From assembly GCA_031367385.1 (NCBI GenBank), contig JANLPS010000509.1:1-14613 (forward strand): DNA of 14,613 nucleotides. Direction: 5' to 3'. The stretch comes from Archangium sp. GTDB lineage: Bacteria > Myxococcota > Myxococcia > Myxococcales > Myxococcaceae. How positions within the stretch are numbered: the first letter of the stretch is position 1; each line of letters begins with the position of its first letter. Position numbers and translations under genes: made by a program. Shown here piece after piece: positions 7,676 to 14,613 of the stretch. The notes under the pieces are model-generated. The model worked only from the letters and a program-made list of their open reading frames with translations. It did no database searches and was not told where the DNA came from.

Positions 7676-8344
7676 ATGGCGGTGTTGGGGCTGTTCAGTG
7701 ACAGCGACGGAGACCTGGTGCGCTTCGACGCCGCGCTCAAGTTGCTCGCCGAGAAGGGCGCCAAGCGGTTTCTCTTCGCTGGCGGCCGCTACTCCGATCT
7801 CGACGACTGGGTGAAGTGGAAGCGCGAGGAGATCAAGGCCCAGGTCGATTACTCCAACAACGACTTTCTCGACGACGTGCAGCGGTTTCTGATCGGCCTG
7901 GAGCAGGTCGAGCGGCCCGCTGCCTTTGGCACCATGTGGGAGCTCGGGCGCTACATCGAAGAGCTGACCCGGCTCAAAGATCGCGTGGTTCGCACTCCGG
8001 AGCGCGGGTCGCTGCCGTACCAAGACTCATCGGTGCCGAAGAAGGCCGTCGACATGCTCGGCACGACGCTGTGCTGCGTGGTGCACGACAAGAACGACCT
8101 CGACAAAGAAGACATGATCAACGCCGTGGTGCTGGTGCATGGCAATGAGAACGAGCCCAAGCTGGTGAAGATCGGGCCACGCTTTTTCGTGACGCCCGGC
8201 AAGCTCTCGAGCCTCAAGCCCACCGTCGCCCTGCTCGACGTGAGCGAGAAGCTGACCTTCTCGGCCTTCACCCTCGACGGCAACCCGGCGATCGAGCAAC
8301 AGGTCGTCGAGCTGGCGACGAAGTCGAAGGTCTCGGTCAAGTGA
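7676..8344 (+). CDS. Hypothetical protein with a degenerate calcineurin-like metallophosphoesterase (YfcE/MJ0936/Vps29-type) fold
   Basis: Motif order LGLFSDSDGD, FLFAGG, CCVVH, VLVHGNENEP, FFVTPG, PTVALLD mirrors the YfcE/MJ0936 family, but most metal ligands are substituted. Start is ATG 7676 or GTG 7673. Confidence 0.75.
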   Translation: MAVLGLFSDSDGDLVRFDAALKLLAEKGAKRFLFAGGRYSDLDDWVKWKREEIKAQVDYSNNDFLDDVQRFLIGLEQVERPAAFGTMWELGRYIEELTRLKDRVVRTPERGSLPYQDSSVPKKAVDMLGTTLCCVVHDKNDLDKEDMINAVVLVHGNENEPKLVKIGPRFFVTPGKLSSLKPTVALLDVSEKLTFSAFTLDGNPAIEQQVVELATKSKVSVK

Positions 8345-8895
8345 TGAACGTCGCGCTCCTCGGAGGCTCGTTCAACCCGCCTCACATCGGCCACCTGATG
8401 GCTGCGCTGTACCTGCGCACCAACCTGGGCTGCGATCAGGTCTGGTTGGTGCCGAGCTTTCACCACCCCTTTCACAAGGCCCTGGCGCCCTTCGAAGACC
8501 GAGTGGCGATGTGCGAGGCGATGGCTGCCGACGTGGGGCCCTGGTTTCGGGTCAGCAGGGTCGAGGCCGAGGTGGGCAAAGAGGGCCGCACCATCGAGCT
8601 GCTCGAGTACCTGCTGCCGCAGCACCCGGGTACGGCATTTCAATTCGTGATCGGCTCAGACATCGTGGCCGATTTACCGAAGTGGAAGGCGTGGGACCGC
8701 ATTCAAAGCCTGGTGAAGGTCACGGTGCTGCACAGGGCAGGGCACCCGGCGGCTGGCACGGTGGGGCCTCCGATGGTCGAGGTCTCATCGACGGCCATTC
8801 GGGCCCAGCTCGAGGCCGGCATCTCGCCCACTGAATTGGTGCCGGGTGCAGTGCTGGCGTACGCGCGGGCAAAACACCTGTACGGCCTTCGCTAG
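8344..8895 (+). CDS. nadD: Nicotinate-nucleotide adenylyltransferase
   Basis: GGSFNPPHIGH (HIGH motif), FVIGSD, WKAWDRI, VSSTAIR and HLY at the C-terminus. TGATG coupling with the upstream gene. Confidence 0.93.
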   Translation: MNVALLGGSFNPPHIGHLMAALYLRTNLGCDQVWLVPSFHHPFHKALAPFEDRVAMCEAMAADVGPWFRVSRVEAEVGKEGRTIELLEYLLPQHPGTAFQFVIGSDIVADLPKWKAWDRIQSLVKVTVLHRAGHPAAGTVGPPMVEVSSTAIRAQLEAGISPTELVPGAVLAYARAKHLYGLR

Positions 8896-8925
8896 GCCCA
8901 TCGCGGTGTGCTACGCCGCGCCCCC

Positions 8926-9333
8926 ATGACCCGCCGCCAACTTCGAGTCGTTGGAGCCATGCTCGAGCGAGAGCCCGGCCGTTACCTCATCACCCAGCGC
9001 TCGAAGACCGCGTCTTTGCCCCTGCTCTGGGAGTTCCCCGGTGGGCGGGTGCATGAGGGTGAAGGGCTGACCGCGGCGCTGGTGCGAGAGCTCAAAGAGC
9101 GCCTCGCGCTCGACGTGGTCGTCACCGAGCAGGCGATGGCGACGCAACACGAATACACCTCGTATGACGTTGATTTTCGGGTCTTTCACTGCCGGTTGCG
9201 CGACGACGGGCAGCCGGTGAGCCACGCGAAGATCAATGATCACCGGTGGGTCTCGCTCGAAGAGATGAGCGACTACCAATTTCCCGACGCCGACGCGAAG
9301 ACCCTCGAAAAGCTCCTCGACCTGGACCCGTGA
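8926..9333 (+). CDS. Nudix hydrolase (MutT/NudG-like) with a non-canonical Nudix box
   Basis: YLITQR, LWEFPGGRVHEGEGLTAALVRELKERLAL, RWVS and FPDAD resemble MutT/NudG. ATG at 8926; alternative GTG at 8908. Confidence 0.85.
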   Translation: MTRRQLRVVGAMLEREPGRYLITQRSKTASLPLLWEFPGGRVHEGEGLTAALVRELKERLALDVVVTEQAMATQHEYTSYDVDFRVFHCRLRDDGQPVSHAKINDHRWVSLEEMSDYQFPDADAKTLEKLLDLDP

Positions 9334-9932
9334 TGCACCAGTTCCCCAAAGACATCGGGTGGATCGAGGTCATCTGTGGCTCGATGTTCTCGGGCAAGAC
9401 CGAAGAGCTGATTCGGCGGCTGAAACGAGCGATGTACGGCAAGCAGCACGTGCAGGTGTTCAAGCCGTTCATCGACAACCGGTACGATGATCTCGCGGTG
9501 GTCAGCCACTCGCAGCTGAAGATCATCGCGACGCCGATTCACCGGGCCGAAGAGATTCTGGTGAACCTGCGGCCCGACACCGAGGTCGTCGGCATCGATG
9601 AGGTGCAGTTTCTCGGCGCTGACGTGGTGCCGGTGTGCGAGGCGTTGGCGCAGCGCGGCCTGCGGGTGCTCTGCGCGGGGCTCGACCAAGACTACATGGG
9701 CAAGCCCTTCGAGCCGATGCCGCAGCTGCTGGCAATCGCCGAGTACGTGACCAAAGAATTGGCGATCTGCGTGGTCTGCGGCAACCCGGCGAATCGCTCT
9801 CAGCGGTTGACCGACTCGTCTGAGCGCGTCGTCGTCGGCGCCGCGGGGGCGTATGAAGCGCGCTGCCGAAAGTGCCACGTGCCGTCACCGGTCGAAGCGA
9901 CTCCGCCGCAGAATCTCGATTTGTTCAGGTAA
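9333..9932 (+). CDS. tdk: Thymidine kinase (TK1-like, type II)
   Basis: GWIEVICGSMFSGKTEELIRR (P-loop), FKPFIDNRY, IDEVQF, AGLDQDY, and Zn site CVVC...YEARCRKC. TGATG coupling at 9331-9335. Confidence 0.96.
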   Translation: MHQFPKDIGWIEVICGSMFSGKTEELIRRLKRAMYGKQHVQVFKPFIDNRYDDLAVVSHSQLKIIATPIHRAEEILVNLRPDTEVVGIDEVQFLGADVVPVCEALAQRGLRVLCAGLDQDYMGKPFEPMPQLLAIAEYVTKELAICVVCGNPANRSQRLTDSSERVVVGAAGAYEARCRKCHVPSPVEATPPQNLDLFR

Positions 9933-9934
9933 CC

Positions 9935-10750
9935 ATGCGCGACTCTCTGTATGAAAAAGTGCCGTACGTTCTCTCTGAGCTGAAGCACTTCTACGGGCCC
10001 AAGGTTCACCTGGTGGGCAACCCGTATCTGCTCTCGCTGCTGACCACGCTCTGCGCCAAAGATACCATTCAGCCGCTGGTGAACACCCTGGTGCGTACGC
10101 TGTACAACGACCTGGTCACCGTGGCGGTGAACAACGAGTTTCCGCGCAAGCAGGTGGCGATACCGACGCGCATGATCGAGCACACGCCGCGCGGCATTTA
10201 TCAGGGCGAGATTCTCGACCCCGACATGCGGGCGATCTCGGTCAACATCGCGCGGGCGGGCACCTTGCCGTCGCAGGTGACGTACGATTTGCTCAATGTG
10301 ATCTTGAACCCGAAGCTGGTGCGGCAAGATCACATCATCATGAGCCGCATGCTCGATACGGCTGACCACGTGGTGGGCTCGAACATCGGAGGCGCGAAGA
10401 TCGGCGGCGACGTCGATGAGGCGACCGTGCTTTTCCCCGACCCGATGGGCGCGACTGGCTCGTCGCTGTCGACCGCGATCGAGATGTACAAGAAGAAGGT
10501 GCCCGGCACGATGCGCAAGGTCATCTGCCTGCACTTGATCGTGACTCCGGAGTACGTGCGGCGCATCACCACCGACCACCCCGATGTGTCGATCTATGCG
10601 CTTCGGCTCGATCGCGGGCTCTCACCGCCTGAAGTCTTCAGCACGGCACCCGGCGAGCTGTGGGAAAAAGAGCGCGGCCTCGACGACCGCCAGTACATCG
10701 TGCCCGGCGGCGGCGGCATGGGTGAAGTAATGAACAACGCGTACGTTTGA
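9935..10750 (+). CDS. upp: Uracil phosphoribosyltransferase-like protein (divergent, 271 aa)
   Basis: NIARAG, PRPP-binding motif DPMGATGSS and C-terminal YIVPGGGGMGE resemble Upp (ILRAG / DPMLATGGS / YIVPGLGDAGD). It sits between tdk and hpt, with ATG 2 nt after the tdk stop. Confidence 0.78.
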   Translation: MRDSLYEKVPYVLSELKHFYGPKVHLVGNPYLLSLLTTLCAKDTIQPLVNTLVRTLYNDLVTVAVNNEFPRKQVAIPTRMIEHTPRGIYQGEILDPDMRAISVNIARAGTLPSQVTYDLLNVILNPKLVRQDHIIMSRMLDTADHVVGSNIGGAKIGGDVDEATVLFPDPMGATGSSLSTAIEMYKKKVPGTMRKVICLHLIVTPEYVRRITTDHPDVSIYALRLDRGLSPPEVFSTAPGELWEKERGLDDRQYIVPGGGGMGEVMNNAYV

Positions 10751-10769
10751 TTTTCACAGGAGCACCGAA

Positions 10770-11306
10770 ATGGCTTTCTACGACCGTGAAGTCGACGTGA
10801 TGATCGACACCGCCACGCTGCAGGCGAAGATCACCGAGCTCGGCAAGCAGATCACCAAAGACTACCTGGGGCGCGACCTCACGTTGCTCGGCATCATGAA
10901 GGGCTCGGTGTTCTTCTTGACCGATCTCGCCAAGGCGATCGATTTGCCGGTGACGATTGAGCTGATGGGCGTGTCGTCGTACCAGGGCGGTACCGAGACC
11001 ACCGGTGAGGTGCGGCTCACGTACGACGTGACCAAGCCAATGGCTGGCAAGCATGTGCTGATCGTCGAAGACATCATCGATACCGGGCTGACCATGTCGT
11101 TCTTGCTCGAGAACTTTCAGGCGCGGCACGTGGCGTCGGTGAAGGTGTGCACGCTGCTCGAGAAGCCGATGCGGGCGAAGACCAAGGTGCCGATTGATTA
11201 CAAAGGCTTCGTGATCGAAGACCGATTCGTCGTCGGGTACGGGCTTGATTTCGGCGAGAAGTTTCGCAACTTGCCGTTCATCGGAGTGATGAAGCAGGGC
11301 GACTGA
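10770..11306 (+). CDS. hpt: Hypoxanthine phosphoribosyltransferase
   Basis: AGGAG RBS; motifs GIMKGSVFF, VSSY, VLIVEDIIDTGLT, TLLEKP and FVVGYGLDFGEKFRNLPFIG. Confidence 0.96.
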   Translation: MAFYDREVDVMIDTATLQAKITELGKQITKDYLGRDLTLLGIMKGSVFFLTDLAKAIDLPVTIELMGVSSYQGGTETTGEVRLTYDVTKPMAGKHVLIVEDIIDTGLTMSFLLENFQARHVASVKVCTLLEKPMRAKTKVPIDYKGFVIEDRFVVGYGLDFGEKFRNLPFIGVMKQGD

Positions 11307-11309
11307 GAG

Positions 11310-12077
11310 TTACGGGGTGATCTTCGTATCGAGCACCGGAGGCGCGACTTCGGTCGGCGCGACGACGGGCGCGGTCACGGCACCAGGTGACGGAGCTGGC
11401 TGCGAGAGCTGATGAACCGCCGCACGCAACGAGTCTGACAGCGACTTCACCTGCGGCTCGACCAGCAACAACATCTGATTCGCTTCTCGTTGATGCTTGT
11501 TCTCTGAATCGGCCGCCTGCTTGAGCTGCCCCAGCGCCGATTCGAGCTGCTTGCGCGCGTCATCGAGCCGAGAACGCGCCAGGTAGAACGCCAAGTCTGA
11601 CTGCATGCGACCGAGCGTGTGCTTCTGCTCCTCGCTCAAGCCGTGAAGCCGCTCGGCTCGGCGCACGTAGTACAGGCCCTGCTCGAGATCTTTCGCCAGG
11701 TCTGACTGCACGCGGGGCTTCGCGAGCAGCTCAATCACCCCGAAGATCGCCCGGTCGAGCTCATCGCGCTCGTTGTACTTCGTACCCGTCACCACCAGCG
11801 CCGTGTTGCCTTGCAGCTCGAGCGGGGCATACGCATCGGCAACGTCAGGCTCGGCCGGCTGCCAGAGCTCAGCGCCCCACGGCATCATGCGACCTTTCAG
11901 CACAACCAGCAGGCCGTCACGAACATCGAGGCCGTACGTGCGCGAATTGAGGAGCGAGAGCGCGTAGGTCGCGGCGCCTCCGAGCCCCAACACCAGCGCC
12001 AGCACCACCAAATTTCGAAACGCGCGAAAGAGCCGCGTACCAAAAGAAGCACCACTGGAGGCCGAGGGGTCGCTCAT
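11310..12077 (-). CDS. Hypothetical single-pass membrane protein with a helical/coiled-coil domain and a Pro/Ala/Val-rich tail
   Basis: 255-aa ORF. A basic patch (RLFRAFR) precedes a TM segment (LVVLALVLGLGGAATYALSLL), followed by amphipathic helices and the tail PAPSPGAVTAPVVAPTEVAPP. Confidence 0.82.
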   Translation of the reverse strand: MSDPSASSGASFGTRLFRAFRNLVVLALVLGLGGAATYALSLLNSRTYGLDVRDGLLVVLKGRMMPWGAELWQPAEPDVADAYAPLELQGNTALVVTGTKYNERDELDRAIFGVIELLAKPRVQSDLAKDLEQGLYYVRRAERLHGLSEEQKHTLGRMQSDLAFYLARSRLDDARKQLESALGQLKQAADSENKHQREANQMLLLVEPQVKSLSDSLRAAVHQLSQPAPSPGAVTAPVVAPTEVAPPVLDTKITP

Positions 12078-12083
12078 AAGGGC

Positions 12084-12089
12084 ACCCTA
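12084..12089 (-). promoter_or_regulatory. Possible -10 box (TAGGGT) for a leaderless transcript of the 12077 gene
   Basis: The minus strand reads TAGGGT-GCCCTT-ATG, a TANNNT hexamer 6 nt before the ATG, with no clear SD. Confidence 0.35.
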
Positions 12090-12165
12090 GTACGTCTCAC
12101 GCCCCGAACGATTGTCTGGCGGAATCCTTGGGGTTTTTGAGTGCGAAGGTAGAGTCGCGACTGTC

Positions 12166-14613
12166 GTGGCCTCCTTTCGCCGCCTTGGACAGAGTGAGCT
12201 GCTCCCGCGATACATCTTCGCCGAGAGTTTGTTCGCCCGCCGCCGGGTTCTCGAAATCGGGGCGGTCGCCTCGACGCTCGGCCAATCAGCCCGTTTTCTC
12301 TCGACCCGTGGCGCGCGGGTCGTCGTCGCCGCTGACGCCGATTTGGCCGCCGTTCAAGAAGCGCAGACCCGCCTCGGCGGTGCGAACTTACGGTTTCGAC
12401 CGCCGGTCTTCGATGACTTCGAGGGCGGCAGCTTCGACCTGGTGATCGTCGCCGACCTGTCGACCTACGTGCGGGCCCCCGAGCTGCTCAAAGAGCTGGC
12501 CCGGCTGGTCGCGAAGAATGGGTACCTGATGGGCGGCCTGCGCAACCCGGCAGGCCTCGCGCTCTCGACGATCACCGACCCTGAAGAGGCCGACGCGCCT
12601 CCGACCTATGGGCAATTGCTCGACGCGCTGACCTCGCACTTCAATTCGATCGAGGTCGCGACCCAGAGCCCGGTGCTCGGCTACCAGATCGCCTTCGAGC
12701 GGGGTGAAGGCCTCCAGGTCGACGGCTCGTTGGCCGGTCACAGTGAGGCCGCGTACTACGTCGTGCTCGCGGGCCAAGAACCGGTTCGTAACTTCGACCC
12801 GACCTGGGTGCAGCTGCCGCCCGAGCCGCTTGCCTTCACCGGTGGCCGGCTCGAAGACGCCTCGCGCCGCGCGACCGAATGGAAAGATCGGAGCACCCGC
12901 CTCAAAGAAGTGCTCGCCACCAAAACCACCGAGCTCACCTCTCGCGAGTCTGAGCTGCGAGAGATGATGTCGCAGCTCGAGAGTGCGAAAGACGGGGTTT
13001 CCCGCCTCACCGCGCAGCTCGAGACGGCCCGCGAAGCACCCGAGACGCTGCGTGAACGAGACGACCTCGCCGGGCGCATTCGACGGGTCGAGGCTGAGCT
13101 GACCGTCGCGCGTGAGCGGGCCATCGATGCGGAGGGCCGGGCCACTGCGGCGCGGGGCGAGCTCGAGGCCTTTCAACGCGCGCAGAAAGACTCGGCGCTG
13201 CAGACGTTGGCCGCGCAAGAGCTGGCCAGGCTCGAACGCGCGCGCCGCGAAGAGGTCGCAACCCAGCTTGAAGACTCGAGAAATCGCCTCGCCAGCGCCT
13301 ATGAAGACCTGCGACGGGCGCAAGAACAGGCGGCGGTCGAGCGATCAGACCACGAGCGCACTCGAATTGCGGGCGCGCGGCTCAACGAGACCATCGCCTC
13401 GAAAGAGGCTGACCTGGCGGCGGCGCGCGATCGCGAGCTGCGCCTCTCTGACGCGAGAACCCAGGCGCTGCAGGCGATTGAAGGCCTCGAGAATTCGCTC
13501 AATCAGACCCGGCTGCAGCTGGTCGAGCTGCGCGAGGCCTCGAGTCGGCGCGACGCAGACCGAACTTCACTCGAGCGCTCGCTCGAGGTCGAGCGGTCGA
13601 CGCGGGCGGGCATCAAGGCCGACCTCGAGCGTGAAAGCGCGAGGGCGAACAGTCTCCACGATGAGCTGACGCACCGGGCCGCCGACCTCGCCGCGGTCGA
13701 GACCGAGCTCCAGGCGACCAAGTCGGCTCAATCGCGGGCGCTGCGCGACATCGAGACGCTCTCGAACTCCGAGCGCACCTGGCGCGAGATCGCCCAGCAA
13801 ACCGATCAGCGGCTGATCGACACCACCGCGAACGTTCAGACGCTCAGCGATCAGCTCGCGAAGGCCGAAGCGGAGATCGAAACCGCGACCGCCCGTGCCC
13901 GCCGGCTCGAGCTCGACCTCACCACGGTAATCAACACCGAGCGTGGCCTTCGAGAGCAGACCGCCGCGTCGCTGGCTGCCGCGACGATCTCGATTCGCGA
14001 GGTCACCGATGATCGCGACGCGTTGATCGGTGAGCGCGACGACCTTCGCGGTGCGCTCAATGACCTCCAGAAGGCCCGGCAGAGCGACGTTGGGCAGCTC
14101 GAATCAGTCGACTCCGAGCGTCGCAAGCTCGAGTCGCGCGTCTCGCAGCTTGAAGTGGCGCTCGCCGATGCACGTCGAGAGCGCGAAGAGGCGTTGCTGT
14201 TGTGGCAGGCCAAGGAGCAGATGCTCCAAGCGCGGCTGGCCGAGCACATCACCAGCCTGGCGAATGAGACTGCTTCTCTGAACGAGGCCCGGGCGCAGAT
14301 CGCCACGCTCGAGGACTCACTGCGCGGCGCGACCGAGGCCTTGCAGGTCGCCCAGCGAACCAGCGCCGAGCTCGATGGGGGCCTCGCGGGTCGCAAAGCC
14401 GAGCTCGCCGTCGCTCAGGCCGAGCTGCAGGCCACCCGCGAGCAACTCGTTGAATTGACCCGGCAATTCGAACAGGCGCGGGCCGATTCAGAGGCGATGA
14501 ATCTGCGGCTGACCACCGCGAGCGCTGAGCTCGAACGGGCTCTGGCTGAGCTTTCGACCACGCGGGCTGACTTCGCCGCTCGCGAGAAGAGGCTTGTTGA
14601 ACGGCGAGACCTG
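12166..14613 (+). CDS. Degenerate class I SAM-methyltransferase-like domain fused to a very long coiled coil (partial, >816 aa)
   Basis: Manual translation from GTG 12166 shows no stop to the window end: MASFRRLGQSELLPRYIFAESLFARRRVLEIGAVASTLGQSARFL...VVVAAD...GSFDLVIV...ELARLVAKNGYL. From ~12850 the sequence is E/R/A/L-rich with heptad character, and it has no Pro from 13042 to 14613. Confidence 0.88.
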   Translation, partial: MASFRRLGQSELLPRYIFAESLFARRRVLEIGAVASTLGQSARFLSTRGARVVVAADADLAAVQEAQTRLGGANLRFRPPVFDDFEGGSFDLVIVADLSTYVRAPELLKELARLVAKNGYLMGGLRNPAGLALSTITDPEEADAPPTYGQLLDALTSHFNSIEVATQSPVLGYQIAFERGEGLQVDGSLAGHSEAAYYVVLAGQEPVRNFDPTWVQLPPEPLAFTGGRLEDASRRATEWKDRSTRLKEVLATKTTELTSRESELREMMSQLESAKDGVSRLTAQLETAREAPETLRERDDLAGRIRRVEAELTVARERAIDAEGRATAARGELEAFQRAQKDSALQTLAAQELARLERARREEVATQLEDSRNRLASAYEDLRRAQEQAAVERSDHERTRIAGARLNETIASKEADLAAARDRELRLSDARTQALQAIEGLENSLNQTRLQLVELREASSRRDADRTSLERSLEVERSTRAGIKADLERESARANSLHDELTHRAADLAAVETELQATKSAQSRALRDIETLSNSERTWREIAQQTDQRLIDTTANVQTLSDQLAKAEAEIETATARARRLELDLTTVINTERGLREQTAASLAAATISIREVTDDRDALIGERDDLRGALNDLQKARQSDVGQLESVDSERRKLESRVSQLEVALADARREREEALLLWQAKEQMLQARLAEHITSLANETASLNEARAQIATLEDSLRGATEALQVAQRTSAELDGGLAGRKAELAVAQAELQATREQLVELTRQFEQARADSEAMNLRLTTASAELERALAELSTTRADFAAREKRLVERRDL

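Noticed and set aside
9246..9934. Longer upstream starts for tdk (9246) and upp (9872)
   Set aside because: They overlap the preceding genes. ATG 9333 and ATG 9935 give coupled junctions and plausible N-termini.
7676..11306. Anti-phage nucleotide-depletion or NAD-reconstitution system
   Set aside because: NadD, Tdk and Hpt look like ordinary housekeeping orthologs, and there are no defence, phage or mobility genes in the window.
12388..14396. Track ORFs in this region (12388-13323 -, 13112-13669 +, 13851-14396 -)
   Set aside because: They are shadow or alternative frames of the long coiled-coil CDS.
12166..14613. Identification of the coiled-coil protein as SMC/SbcC, AglZ or a phage tape measure protein
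   Set aside because: It has no N-terminal Walker A and no receiver domain, and there are no phage genes nearby.
1..14613. Frequent CTCGAG/GAGCTC palindromes
   Set aside because: They are explained by Leu-Glu and Glu-Leu codon pairs (CTC GAG) in helical proteins, with no regular spacing.

Overview
High-GC bacterial chromosomal window, probably Myxococcota (inferred from the protein types). I count 14 CDSs and see no RNA genes, CRISPR arrays or mobile elements. At the left end is the N-terminal part of mutS2 (minus strand, running off the window and missing from the ORF track). Divergent from it are a secreted TPR protein, a 4-TM protein with a Zn-ribbon-like tail, and a stand-alone S53 (sedolisin-family) lipoprotein protease with Cys-rich repeats, followed by a strong hairpin. 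An 8-gene, tightly coupled operon comes next (5084-11306): periplasmic TPR + TonB-C-like protein, namZ, a degenerate metallophosphoesterase-fold protein, nadD, a Nudix protein with a broken Nudix box, tdk, a divergent uracil phosphoribosyltransferase and hpt. The window ends with a convergent membrane-anchored hypothetical gene and a divergent, >816-aa degenerate methyltransferase fused to a very long coiled coil (runs off the window, also missing from the ORF track). The best candidates for new biology are the peptidoglycan-plus-nucleotide salvage operon with apparent pseudoenzymes, the soluble TPR-TonB-C protein and the methyltransferase-coiled-coil protein. No database searches were run, so novelty is unverified.
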